A DNA stretch of 64,000 nucleotides from Opitutales bacterium (lineage in GTDB: Bacteria > Verrucomicrobiota > Verrucomicrobiia > Opitutales > UBA953): positions 5,342 through 69,341 of the forward strand of contig CAXNMQ010000007.1 of assembly GCA_964203605.1 (NCBI GenBank). Reading direction: 5' to 3'. The notes under the pieces were generated by a model. The model had not been told where the DNA came from, did not search any database, and worked only from the letters and a program-made list of their open reading frames with translations. Position numbers and translations under genes: made by a program. Below are positions 10,446 to 20,245 of this stretch, piece by piece (positions within the stretch are counted from its first letter, which is position 1; every line of letters starts with the position of its first letter).

Positions 10446-11876
10446 CTAACCGACGATCTTCTTATACGGCTCGCCTTCGTTCTGCGTCGGGCGTTCCGGG
10501 CGGCCTTTGTAACGATAAGTCAGGCCCATATTGTCGATGCCGAGCAGCCAGAGGATGGTCGCGTGGAGGTCGTGGACGTGGAGAGGGTTCTCGACGGCGC
10601 GCAGGCCGAGGTCGTCGGTGCTGCCGATGGTCTGGCCGCCTTTGACGCCGCCGCCAGCCATCCACATCGTGAAGCCGGTGGGGTTGTGGTCGCGACCGTC
10701 GCCTTTCTCGGACATCGGGGTGCGGCCGAATTCGCCGCCCCAGACGACGAGCGTGTCTTCAAGCATGCCGCGGGCCTTGAGGTCCTTGATCAGCCCAGCG
10801 ACCGGCTTATCCATCGAGGCACAGAGGCCAGAGTGGTTCGATTCAATCTTCGCATGCGCATCCCATTTGGAACCGGCGCCGTGGTAGATTTGCACGAAGC
10901 GGACGCCTTGTTCGACCATGCGGCGGGCGAGCAGGCAGAGGCGGCCCATGCCTTCGGTGGTCTTGTCGTCGAGTCCGTAGAGCGTGCGCGTGGCTTCCGT
11001 CTCGCCGGTGAGGTCGACCACGCCAGGCGCTTCGGCCTGCATGCGTGCGGCCATCTCGTAGCTGGCTAGGCGGGCACCAAGTTCAGTGCGGTCGGGGTAA
11101 CGGGCGGCGAAATCCTTGTTCACGCTATTGATCAGCTTAAGCTTCGACTTCTGCAGGTCCGCGGTGACGGCCTCAGGCGTGTTAAGATTTGGGATCGGCT
11201 CGGAGCCGCCGGAGATACGCACGCCTTGGTAGACTGCGGGCATGAAGCCGGCGCCCCAATTGCGCGGGCCGTTGATGACGGTGTTCTGGTTGTCCTGCAT
11301 CACGATGAACGAGGGCAGGTTGTTGTTCTCGGAGCCGATGCCGTAATTGATCCACGAGCCGAGCGAGGGCTTCCCTGCGAGGATGGAGCCGGTGTTCATC
11401 TGGCAGACGCCAGCGGAGTGGTTGATGCCGTCGGCCTTGCAGGAACGGATGACCGCGAGGTCGTCGGAGCAGGACGCGATGTGCGGGATCCAGTCCGAGA
11501 ACCATTGGCCCGACTGGCCGTGCTGCTTCCATTCGCGCTTCGAGGCGAGCAGGGGCGACTTTGATTCGCCCATCGCCGTGATGACGGAGCCGAAGCTGTC
11601 GGGAAGGCGCTGTCCGGCCAGCTTGTTGAGCAGCGGCTTTGGGTCGTAGAGGTCCATCTGCGACGGACCGCCTTCCATGAAGAGGAAGATCACGCGCTTC
11701 GCGCGCGGCTTGATGAGCCCGACGCCAGGCTGCAGGGGCGTGCCGGCGGCGGGGACAGTGATATCCTTGGCAAGCAGGTCGCTGAAGGCCATGGCGCCGA
11801 GGCCGAGGCCGGCGCTAAAGAGGAAGTCGCGACGGGAGGAAGTCGCTTCGACGCGATGGCAGCGTGGATCGTTCAT
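10446..11876 (-). CDS. DUF1501 domain protein (sulfatase-fold, twin-arginine signal)
   Basis: 476-aa ORF with ATG at 11876 overlapping the stop of the upstream gene (ATGA). SSRRDFLFSAGLGLGAMAF TAT-like signal; MEGGPSQMDLYDPKP, WDAHA, GGEFGRTPM...GRDHNP. Confidence 0.9.
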   Translation of the reverse strand: MNDPRCHRVEATSSRRDFLFSAGLGLGAMAFSDLLAKDITVPAAGTPLQPGVGLIKPRAKRVIFLFMEGGPSQMDLYDPKPLLNKLAGQRLPDSFGSVITAMGESKSPLLASKREWKQHGQSGQWFSDWIPHIASCSDDLAVIRSCKADGINHSAGVCQMNTGSILAGKPSLGSWINYGIGSENNNLPSFIVMQDNQNTVINGPRNWGAGFMPAVYQGVRISGGSEPIPNLNTPEAVTADLQKSKLKLINSVNKDFAARYPDRTELGARLASYEMAARMQAEAPGVVDLTGETEATRTLYGLDDKTTEGMGRLCLLARRMVEQGVRFVQIYHGAGSKWDAHAKIESNHSGLCASMDKPVAGLIKDLKARGMLEDTLVVWGGEFGRTPMSEKGDGRDHNPTGFTMWMAGGGVKGGQTIGSTDDLGLRAVENPLHVHDLHATILWLLGIDNMGLTYRYKGRPERPTQNEGEPYKKIVG

Positions 11877-14800
11877 TCGACGTAGAGGAATTCGGAGGAG
11901 TTAAGGAGGGCGTGACAGAGCGCGGCCAGCGGCGTCGCGCCGCTCTTGGTATCAACGGTGGCTTTCACGACACCGACGGCCAGGTCGCGTCCCTTCCCGG
12001 AGGAGTCGCGCAGGGTGCCGGTCTTATTTTCAAAGCGCCAGAAGCCGAGGGCGGAGGGGCGCACATCTTCGTTCGAGTAAAGCAGGTCTTGGTCGGTCAG
12101 CGCGCCGGCGCTTAGGCGCAGGTCATCGATCACGCCGTGGAAGGAGCTTTCGCGGTCGGCGCCCTTGCCGCCGAGCTGGATTGGCTGGGTCGCCGTGCGC
12201 ACGCCGGTGAGGTTCGTGACGACGCGGTCATGGAGCAGGGGCTCGTCGTCGTTGGCGAGGTCCTTGAGGGTGAAGCTCACTTCGCCCGGCCCGTTCTTGT
12301 CGGCGTAACGCACCGCCGCGGAGGCGTAGTAGGGTTTGTTCATCTCGATGCGTAGGTTCGAGAACTGCACGGCTTCACCGAACGTGCCGTCGAGCAGAGG
12401 GCCGTGGGCTTGGAGCACGAGCACGCGCGGGGCACGGCGAGACTTCAGTCCGGTCACGCCGAACTGCCATAAGCCGTCGTCCTTGCCCTTGCCGACCTGG
12501 GCGGCGATGACGCGCACGGCGCCGGTGTCACTCACGGTGCGGGGCACGATCACTCCCTCGATGGTAAAGCCCTTGGCAAAGTCGGCATCGGTCGCGCCGG
12601 GGGCGAGGAACGGCTTGCGATGAGCGGCGTCAAGGTGGGCGCCTTGGCCATCGCGGAAGGGGACTTTCTCCGGTTGGAAATCATTAGCCAGGGCGGCGGT
12701 GACGGCCACCGTGGGCTTCTGTGCTTGGACTTCCTTGAGGAAGGACGCCGCCCGGCGGGCTTCCTCCGCGGAGGGCAGGCGGGCGAAGAGGATTTGATAA
12801 AGGCGGCGGACTTGGGCGGCTTCATCGCGCGGGACTTCCTTCACCACGCGGGCGGCGAGGGCTTCACCGCGTTTCAGCATGAAGGGGCTGTTGAGGAGCA
12901 GGAGCGATTGGATCGGCGTCGTGGTCACGTCGCGCGAGGAGGCGCTGCTAAACCACTGCGGTGCGTCGAAGACGTCGGCGAGCGGGTCGCGGTTATTGCG
13001 CATGATGCGCGTGAAGATGCTGCGCACGGGTTCGCCGTAGACGACGCTCGGTCCGGCCTGCTTGTCGGTCTTGAGGTCACCACAGGCCGTGAAGATGGCA
13101 TCGCGGATCTGCTCGGACTCCAGGCGCTGGGGTTGGAAGCGCCAGAGTAGGGCGTTCTGCGGATCCTTGAGCTGACCGTCCTTGGGATCAGGGTGCAGCG
13201 AGGAGCGGCGATAGGCGGCGCTCGTCAGGATGAGGCGATGCATCGCTTTCTGATCCCAGTCTTTCGCCATGAACTCAGCTGAGAGCCAATCGAGTAACTC
13301 GGGGTGGGAGGGCGGCTCACCGAGGCGGCCGAAGTCGCTCGCGTAGGGCGCCAGGCCACGGCGGAAGTTAAGCTGCCAGAGTCGGTTCATCGCCGAGACG
13401 TGCGGTGAAGGGATTCGATTTTTCTGTCAGCCAGCGTGCGAGCACGGTGCGGCGCCCAGTGGTGGTGCCATCGGCGTTCGGCTTAATGGCAGCAGGTTCG
13501 GCAGGGTAGCTGGCGCTGAGGACCGTGAGGAAGGCGGGCGGGACGACGGTGTTCTTCTTGGGGATGACGGCGTCTATGCCCTGTGCACCGGTCTCGCGGA
13601 CGGTGAGGACGAACGGCGGTTCGGCGGGCTTGAGCTTGTCGTGTTCGGCCAACTTACGTTTCAGGTCGGCGTGCTTGACGCTATCCGCACCTTTGATGGA
13701 GCGGTCGAGGCGGTTGTACTCGTAGTCGACCTGCCGCCAAGCGAGTGCGGCGACCTGCTGCTCGTAAGGGGTGCGCTGGGCCTCTGGCTTATTGAGCATC
13801 TCCTGGACGTCGTCCGGGAAGATCTCGATGGCCTTCCGGGTCGCGGTCTCGCGGTATTTCTTCTCGAGCTGCGGTGATCTCGTCGCGGATGGACTTAGTT
13901 TCCTTCTCCCACGCGGCTAGCTTACGCGCATGTTCGCCGGCTTCCTTGGTCGTCCAGGCGATCCGATCTTCGACGGGAACGGTGTTGTTGAAGAAGCTCC
14001 GGAGGGCGTAGTAATCGCGCTGCAGAATCGGGTCGAACTTATGGTCGTGGCAGCGGGCGCACTGCATGCCGGCGCCGAGGAAGACGTCACCGGTGGTGTC
14101 GGTGATGTCGTTGAGGATGTTGTCCCACTGGCTGCGGGCGTCGCGGTTGTTGTATTCGTAGATCCAGTGGCGAAGGTAGCCGAGGGCGGTGAGCGCCTGA
14201 GGGTCGCCGGGGAAAAGTTCGTCGCCCGCGATCTGTTCCTGGATGAAGCGGTCGTACGGTTTGTTCTCGTTGTAGGCCTGGATGACGTAATCGCGGTAGC
14301 GCCAGGCAGTCGGGCGGAAGTCGTCGATGCGGAAGCCGTCGCTGTCGGCGTAGCGCACGAGGTCGAGCCAAGCGCGGCCCATGCGTTGACCGTAGGCGGG
14401 CGTGGCCAGGAGGCGGTCGACGAGTTTCTCGTAGGCGAGCGGATCGGTGGACTGGACGAAGGCGGCGACTTCTTCAGGCGTCGGGGGGAGTCCGGTGGCG
14501 TCGAAGGTGACGCGGCGGATGAGGACTCCGCGCTCGGCTTCGCCGGAAGGCGTCAGGCCATCCTTGGCGAGTCGGGCGTCGATGAAACGATCGATCGGGT
14601 GGGCAGACTTGCCAGCGGGCAGTTCGGGGAGCTTGACGGGTTGATAGGCCCACCAGCCTTTTTCCTTCTCGCCGATGGTGCCAGGAAGGTAGCGACCGGC
14701 AACGGGCGCCTTGGTCCGGCTCTTCGGCCAGGTTGCCCCGGACTTAACCCAGTCCTGGAGGAGAGTGACTTCTTCTTTGGTCAACCGATCGCCTTTCGGC

Positions 14801-15096
14801 GGCATCATGACTTCGGGATCCGTGGAGAGGATGTTCTGAAGAAAGAGGCTCTTGGCGGGGTCACCCGGGATGAGGGCTGCGCCGCCGTCACCACCGGTGG
14901 TCAGGCCGGCGAGGCTGTCCATGACCAGGCCACCCTTGTTCTTGCCGGCGGAGTGGCTGTGGCACTTGAAGCAACGGGAGTCCAGGAGGGCGACGGCCTT
15001 TTCGGCCTGATCGTCGCCGGCGGCCTGGACTGAGGCGCCCCAGACGACGAGGGTCGCAAGGGTCAGTCGGCGCAGGAGGGCGGAGGTCGCGGGCAT
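11873..15096 (-). pseudogene. PSCyt1 / DUF1549 / DUF1553 protein with a C-terminal LamG-like domain, split by two +1 frame breaks (about 13865-13872 and 13392-13400)
   Basis: Three consecutive ORFs (13789..15096, 13368..13799, 11873..13390) read as one protein. Signal peptide plus CFKCHSHSAGKNKGG and CARCHDHKFDPILQRDYYALRSFFNN; then QLEKKYRETATRKAIEIFPDDVQEMLNKPEAQRTPYEQ continues in the next frame; then NPFTAR|MNRLWQLNFRRGLA...PSHPELLDWL. Frame of the codon top coordinate goes 0 to 2 to 1. Confidence 0.85.
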
Positions 15097-15153
15097 GGGG
15101 TAGGGCTAAATAAGGTCCTTATTAATCAGAGGGCAACTTCCGTCCAATGTTCC

Positions 15154-16187
15154 TCAGTGCCCCGCCTTCTTCCATGAGGGGTAGTCCTTAGCCAGCAAGT
15201 CCCGGGCGTATTCGCCGAACCAGCTGTAGCCGTTGCGACGCTCATGGCCGATCTCGGCCAGCGTGGCCTTGGGGATGCCGTCGCGATCGCACACGTAAGG
15301 GGTGCCGGTCTTGAGGTCGTAGAAGCGGGCCCAGAGGGCGGGGGCCTTGGGGTCCGGGACCATGATAAGGTCCTTGGCGCCTAGAAGGGTCTTCTTGGTC
15401 TCCAGTCGCAGGCCGGTCACCTTGTGCGCTTCAAACCAAGCGACGGCGCCTTCGATGGAGGAACGGATCTCAGGCGTGGGCTTCTCGAGGCTCATGAGCA
15501 GGCGGACGATGCCGACCGACTCGCTGCCGCTGAAGGAGGGGAGCTCGTAGGAGCGCGCCTTGGCTGGCGCGAAGGTCTTCTCGTCGTGCTGGGCACACCA
15601 GACGGTGGGCTTGCCGCCGACGATGATCTGGCATTTCAGGATGCAGGCGATGCCGAGGTCGAACGCCTTTAGGCAGGCCGCGCGCGTTTTGGGTTCGAGG
15701 AACGTGTAGGTCTTTTCCGTGGCGACTTCGCGGACGAACTGCAGGATGCGTACCATCGCGCCGTCGTTGAAGGTGATGCGGTCGTAGTAGCCTTTGCGCA
15801 GCGGGAAGAACTGCGGCCAGCCACCGTTCGCGTATTGCGCGGAGAGCACGTACGTCAGTCCGCGGTCGAAAGACTTGCGGTAGGTCGCGTCCTGGGTCGC
15901 GTTGACCATGCGCGCCATGAAGCGCAGCTCATCGACGGTGCCCTTGTTGTCGAACGTAGGCTGCAGTTTCGCCCGGTCGCCCTCATAGGCCTTGCTGATG
16001 GTGTCGGTGTTCTTCGGCCAGCCGCCGGCGTCGGTCTGGAAACTGAGGATGATGGCCGCGACCTGCTTTGCCTCGGCGGAGGCGAACCAGCTGTCCGGTT
16101 TATTGAGAAAGCGGCGGGCGCTTTCGTCCGCCGCGAGCAAGCGGACTAAGGGTGAGGCACGCGAGGAAGAGCAGGGCGGGGCGCATG
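15154..16187 (-). pseudogene. pectate lyase, PelA/Pel-15E (PL10-like) family; possible frame break between the signal peptide and the mature domain
   Basis: ORF 15154..16140 (track start is TTG) carries SFQTDAGGWPKNTD, YANGGWPQFFPL, NDGAMV and similar blocks. A plausible signal peptide MRPALLFLACLTLSPLA starts at ATG 16187 in another frame. The 5' extension is uncertain; the enzyme body is confident. Confidence 0.75.
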
Positions 16188-16193
16188 GAATTG

Positions 16194-16250
16194 CAGGGAC
16201 AGGGACAGGGACAGGGGCAGGGACAGGCGTAGGATTAGGGGGAGGGCGGA
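16194..16250. repeat. G3-tract hexamer array (CAGGGA x4 with variants, then TTAGGGGGAGGG), potential G-quadruplex/i-motif
   Basis: cAGGGAcAGGGAcAGGGAcAGGGGcAGGGAcAGGcgtaggaTTAGGGGGAGGGcgg read directly. Lies in the divergent spacer between pectate lyase (-) and maf (+). Confidence 0.85.
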
Positions 16251-16295
16251 AGGAGTAAATGAAGGAAAGCGTGGAGGGCTGTTGCGGTTGTCTTA

Positions 16296-16916
16296 TTGGG
16301 ATTATTCCGCTCCATTGGTCGGGTGCCGTCGCCGCTCGTCCTCATCCTCGCCTCCGCTTCGCCGCGGCGCACGGAACTGCTCCGTGAAGCGGGCATTCCG
16401 CATCGCGTCTTGGTGGCCGCAGTGACCGAGCATGAAGATCCGACGACCGATCCGGCGAAGATGGTTCTGCATAACGCTCGCCTGAAGGCCGCGGCGGTCT
16501 CCCGCCTGCATCCCGATGCTTTGGTCCTCGGCTCTGATACCACGGTGGCCCTCGGCGAACGCGCCTTGAACAAGCCGGCCGACCTCGCGGAGTCCCGCGC
16601 GATGCTCCGTAGTCTTTCCGGTCGCGAGCATACGGTCCACACCGGCGTCTGCCTGCTTTGTCCGGCGCTGGGTATCGACGAGTCGCACGACGTCACGGCC
16701 TGGGTTCGCTTCCGCGACCTCGCCGAAGACGATATCACGCGCTATCAGTCCTTGGTGGACACCTTGGACAAGGCTGGCGCCTACGGTATCCAGCAGGGCA
16801 AGGAGATCATCATCGCTGATTTCCAGCAGCCCATCTCGACGATCATGGGCTTGCCGGTCGAATTCGTCAAAGCCCGCCTCGCCTCGCTCGGCGTCCTGGA
16901 AAGGATCACCGCATGA
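16296..16916 (+). CDS. maf: Maf-like nucleoside-triphosphate pyrophosphatase (septum formation protein Maf family)
   Basis: 206-aa ORF (TTG at 16296; in-frame GTG at 16323 is a likelier start: [20 protein letters not shown]). Blocks: GSDTTV, KPADLAES, HTVHTGV, DKAGAYGIQ. Confidence 0.88.
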   Translation: MGLFRSIGRVPSPLVLILASASPRRTELLREAGIPHRVLVAAVTEHEDPTTDPAKMVLHNARLKAAAVSRLHPDALVLGSDTTVALGERALNKPADLAESRAMLRSLSGREHTVHTGVCLLCPALGIDESHDVTAWVRFRDLAEDDITRYQSLVDTLDKAGAYGIQQGKEIIIADFQQPISTIMGLPVEFVKARLASLGVLERITA

Positions 16917-17821
16917 AGGCCTGGTTGCTCCTCCTGCCGACCGTGGCACTTGCGCAGGCTCCCGCCGTCAGTGGCGATGCCGAGATCTCTGGCACGATTG
17001 GCGGTAAGCCTCTCGTGATCCGTACGACCAGTCGCCTCGCTGGGGCGATCGACTCCGTGAAGTGGGATGGCGTCGAGTTCATCGATTCGCATGACCATGG
17101 CCGCCAGCTCCAGTCGGCGCTCAACGCCGATGTCGACGGCGTCTTCCATGTGGAGTGCTACAATCCGACCGAGGCCGGTTCGGTCGTGGACGCGCTCGGG
17201 CCTAAGTCCACCAGCCGCCTGGAATTCCTTTCGACCAAGGACGGCCTACTGACGACGCGCACGCAGATGGCCTACTGGCTCGCGCCGGGCATGAAGTCGG
17301 GCGGCCACCTCGCGCAGAACACCACTTTGCTGTCCGGTCATATCCTCAATAAACAGGTGCGCATTGGCCGTCCGGGGATGGATCATGTGTTGGATTATAA
17401 AGTGACGTTCACCGTGCCGGCCGATCGCCCGCATAAGTTCCTGCAGTTCGAAGCGCTGACCGGTTATATGCCGTGGTCCTTCAGTGAGGAGCTTCGTTTC
17501 GATGCGAAGACGTCGACGCTCGTGCCCTTGCCTCGGCAAGATGGCGAGCAACGCGACCCGGTCGTGCTTTCGACACCCTCTGGCTCCCATGCGATGGGCG
17601 TGTTCACGCCGGAGCGTCCGCGCGCAGGTCAGCCCGCGGTCGGTTTCGGCCGTTTCAAGTTCGAGCATGAAAAGGTCGTGAAGTGGAACTGCGTCTTCCG
17701 ACTTCGGCAGGATAAGCCGATCCCGCCTCACCACAGTTTCCAGCTCTACGTGGTGATCGGGACCCGTGAGGACTGCCGCCGGACGTTGGCGGCCCTGACC
17801 CAGGAGTTTGCCGGCCGATAA
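16913..17821 (+). CDS. hypothetical secreted protein
   Basis: 302-aa ORF with ATG at 16913 overlapping the maf stop (ATGA). Signal peptide MKAWLLLLPTVALAQA. No family recognised by eye. Confidence 0.65.
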   Translation: MKAWLLLLPTVALAQAPAVSGDAEISGTIGGKPLVIRTTSRLAGAIDSVKWDGVEFIDSHDHGRQLQSALNADVDGVFHVECYNPTEAGSVVDALGPKSTSRLEFLSTKDGLLTTRTQMAYWLAPGMKSGGHLAQNTTLLSGHILNKQVRIGRPGMDHVLDYKVTFTVPADRPHKFLQFEALTGYMPWSFSEELRFDAKTSTLVPLPRQDGEQRDPVVLSTPSGSHAMGVFTPERPRAGQPAVGFGRFKFEHEKVVKWNCVFRLRQDKPIPPHHSFQLYVVIGTREDCRRTLAALTQEFAGR

Positions 17822-17871
17822 TCGCCCTCGCCTACGCTTGAAGTCGGGCTGGGTCCGCCTAACTTCACGGC

Positions 17872-18785
17872 GTGCGGCCTGAAGAATCCATCGACCTACG
17901 GTCCGCGGCTATTGCGGTCGCGGTATCGCTCGGCCTGCACCTGCTCCTTCTCTGGGTCTTGCCGGACAGCTTTTCAGAAGGTCGTGGCGTTCGTGCGGCC
18001 GGTGGAGGTCCTGACGGCCCCGGTGAAAATCGACGAAGCCCGCCTGCCGCCGAAGCTCCGTTTCATTGAAACGAATCCGCTCGCCAACCAGGCCGTCCCC
18101 AAGACCACCCCGTTTACTTCCTGCCCGTAATCAGACCGCCGCTCAGCCAGTCCCGGAGAAGATGCCCACCAACTCGCCTCTCCCGAAATCCGAGGGCACG
18201 TCCGAGCAGCTCCGGATCGCGAAGGGCAAGCCTCGCTCCATCGACCAATCGGAGGCGCAGCCGATCTCCCAGCCTTCGATCTCGATGGCTGCTCCGGTCA
18301 AGGCCCCGCCGCCGCCCGGCCCGGGCAAGTCGGCCGCCCAGCCCTCGCCGACTCCCGCCCCCGTCCCCGTCGCGGCCAATCCCGACCGTCCGCGCGCCTC
18401 CGTGCCTTCCGGCACTTATGGTCTGTTGCTGCGCCGACCCGTCGGCGTCAATCGGGCCGGAACCATCGCGGTCGACGCGCGCTTCAGTAATTACGGTGAC
18501 TATACGCAGCGGATGATGGAGGCCATCCAGTCCAGTTGGTGGAGTATCATCGAGCGTTCCCGTTTCGAAGGCCTCTCCCGCGGCAATGTGATCGTGCGCT
18601 TCCGGCTGCATCGCGACGGCACGGTCACGGACGCCCAGGTCCTCGGCACCGAGGTCACCCGCGTGATGACCCTAGCCTGCAAGGATGCCGTGATGGCGCC
18701 GGCACCTTACGATATCTGGCGTGCGGATATGGTCGCCATGTACGGCGAGAGCGACACGGTCACGATCAACTTTATTTACCACTGA
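17872..18785 (+). pseudogene. TonB-like energy-transducer protein (N-terminal TM anchor, Pro-rich linker, TonB C-terminal-like domain) with two +1 frame breaks
   Basis: ORFs 17872..18069, 17912..18130 and 18066..18785 (frames 1, 2, 0) join as ...AVSLGLHLLLLWVLPDSF|QKVVAFVRPVEVLTAPVKIDEARLPPKLRFIETNPLANQ...TTPFTS|ARNQTAAQPVPE... Breaks lie at a TTTT run (about 17966-17975) and at about 18115-18122. C-terminus: GNVIVRFRLHRDGTVTDAQVL...TINFIY. Confidence 0.7.
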
Positions 18786-19633
18786 TGACTCTGGCTACTG
18801 ATTGGATCCCGTTTGGACGCGGCGTACGCGTCGTGGCGTCACATGAATGCGGGCTTATCGCGGTCGAGAAGCCTGATGGTATCCTGTCCCATCCGAATCC
18901 GGGTGAAGTCGCCGAGAAGGGCACCATCCTGATCACGGGCAACTACTCTCTCGACGAGGAGGCCTTCCATGTCCGCGACGGCAAGGGTGGCATTCGCCGC
19001 GTCTATCTGCTCAACCGTCTCGACTCCCCGACCAGCGGGACGTTGCTCCTTTCGCTCGACGAGGGCGTCGCCGACTTGGTCCGCAAGATGTTCGCCCGCT
19101 CGCAGGTCATGAAGCGCTACGTCGCCCTCATCCGTGGTCGCGGCCTGCGCACTCCCCGCGGTACCTGGCAGGACCAGATGGCCAAGACCAAAGGTCCCGG
19201 CGGTGGCGTGCGTTCCGAGACGGGGGCCGGCGCCCCCGCGGTGACGGTCTACGCTTGGCAGCGCTCGGCTGGCGGCTCGCTCCCCCTTTCGCTCATCCAG
19301 CTCGACCCGCGCACCGGTCGCACGCATCAGCTGCGCGTCCAGAGCTCCGCGCACGGTCATCCCATCCTTGGCGATCGCACTTACGGAGACTTCGAATTCA
19401 ACAAGGCCGTCGGCACCGCCCGCGGCTTTAAGCGTCTCTTCCTGCACGCCGAGTCGACGCAGTTGTCTTTCGACTGGCAAGGTGCGAAGGTCGACTTCAA
19501 GGCGTCGTCGCCGATGCCGAAGGAATTCGAGGAAGCTTTGATCGCCGACGACGAGGCGCCCGGCAAGGGCCCAAAGCGCCCGCGTCGCGACGCCGGCACG
19601 CCGATCTCCCCGCGCCTACGCATTCGGCTCTGA
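18785..19633 (+). CDS. RluA-family pseudouridine synthase
   Basis: ORF 18536..19633; ATG at 18785 (MTLATDWIPFGRG) shares one base with the upstream TGA. Blocks: IAVEKPDGILSHP, LLNRLDSPTSGTLLLS (RluA catalytic Asp motif), RTGRTHQLRV. Confidence 0.88.
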   Translation: MTLATDWIPFGRGVRVVASHECGLIAVEKPDGILSHPNPGEVAEKGTILITGNYSLDEEAFHVRDGKGGIRRVYLLNRLDSPTSGTLLLSLDEGVADLVRKMFARSQVMKRYVALIRGRGLRTPRGTWQDQMAKTKGPGGGVRSETGAGAPAVTVYAWQRSAGGSLPLSLIQLDPRTGRTHQLRVQSSAHGHPILGDRTYGDFEFNKAVGTARGFKRLFLHAESTQLSFDWQGAKVDFKASSPMPKEFEEALIADDEAPGKGPKRPRRDAGTPISPRLRIRL

Positions 19634-19642
19634 TTTCCCGGC

Positions 19643-20245
19643 ATGCCGTCCGCCTTCCAGCTCATCGAAGTCCGCGGGCCCGAACTGGCGCCGTGGATCG
19701 ATATCCTGGGTGGGCTACGTATCACCGTCTTCCGCGAGTTTCCGTATCTCTACGCGGGCGATCTGGCGTATGAGCGGGAATACCTCCGTGCCTACCTCGG
19801 CTGCCCGCGTAGCCTCGTCGTCTTCGCGCGCGATGAGGCTGGCCGGACGGTCGGAGCGACGACGTGCCTGCCGCTGGCCGACGAGACCGAAGACTTCCGC
19901 GGCCCGTTTATGCGCGCCGGCGTGCCGACGGACGACGTCCTCTACCTAGGCGAAAGCATCGTCCTGCCTGAGTTTCGCGGCGGCGGTCTCGGCGCGGAGT
20001 TCTTCGCCCGTCGCGAAGCGCACGCGCACCGGCTGGGCCTGCGTACGACGGCCTTTTGCGCGGTCGATCGGCCCGCCGATCACCCGGCTAGGCCTGCGGG
20101 CCATCGGCCGCTGGACGCTTTCTGGACCCGCCAGGGCTACCGCCGTCGCCCCGAACTGCAGGCCGTTTTCCCTTGGAAGGAAGTCGGCGAAGAACAGGAA
20201 TCTCCCAAGACCCTCACCTTCTGGACGAAGACATGGACCGCCTGA
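19643..20245 (+). CDS. GNAT-family N-acetyltransferase
   Basis: 200-aa ORF with ATG at 19643. Acetyl-CoA-binding-type motif VLPEFRGGGLGAEFF. Confidence 0.8.
   Translation: MPSAFQLIEVRGPELAPWIDILGGLRITVFREFPYLYAGDLAYEREYLRAYLGCPRSLVVFARDEAGRTVGATTCLPLADETEDFRGPFMRAGVPTDDVLYLGESIVLPEFRGGGLGAEFFARREAHAHRLGLRTTAFCAVDRPADHPARPAGHRPLDAFWTRQGYRRRPELQAVFPWKEVGEEQESPKTLTFWTKTWTA

Noticed and set aside
15107-15153. AT-rich hairpin AATAAGG-t-CCTTATT after the pectate-lyase stop as a terminator.
   Set aside because: A one-nucleotide loop is sterically implausible and the effective stem is only about 5 bp. Noted but not called.
16194-16250. G-tract arrays (also 44325-44459 and 10351-10430) as possible CRISPR arrays or telomere-like (TTAGGG) repeats.
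   Set aside because: The units are 6-9 nt with no unique spacers of 25-40 nt and no cas genes. TTAGGG units occur only once or twice per site inside a circular-type bacterial gene context.
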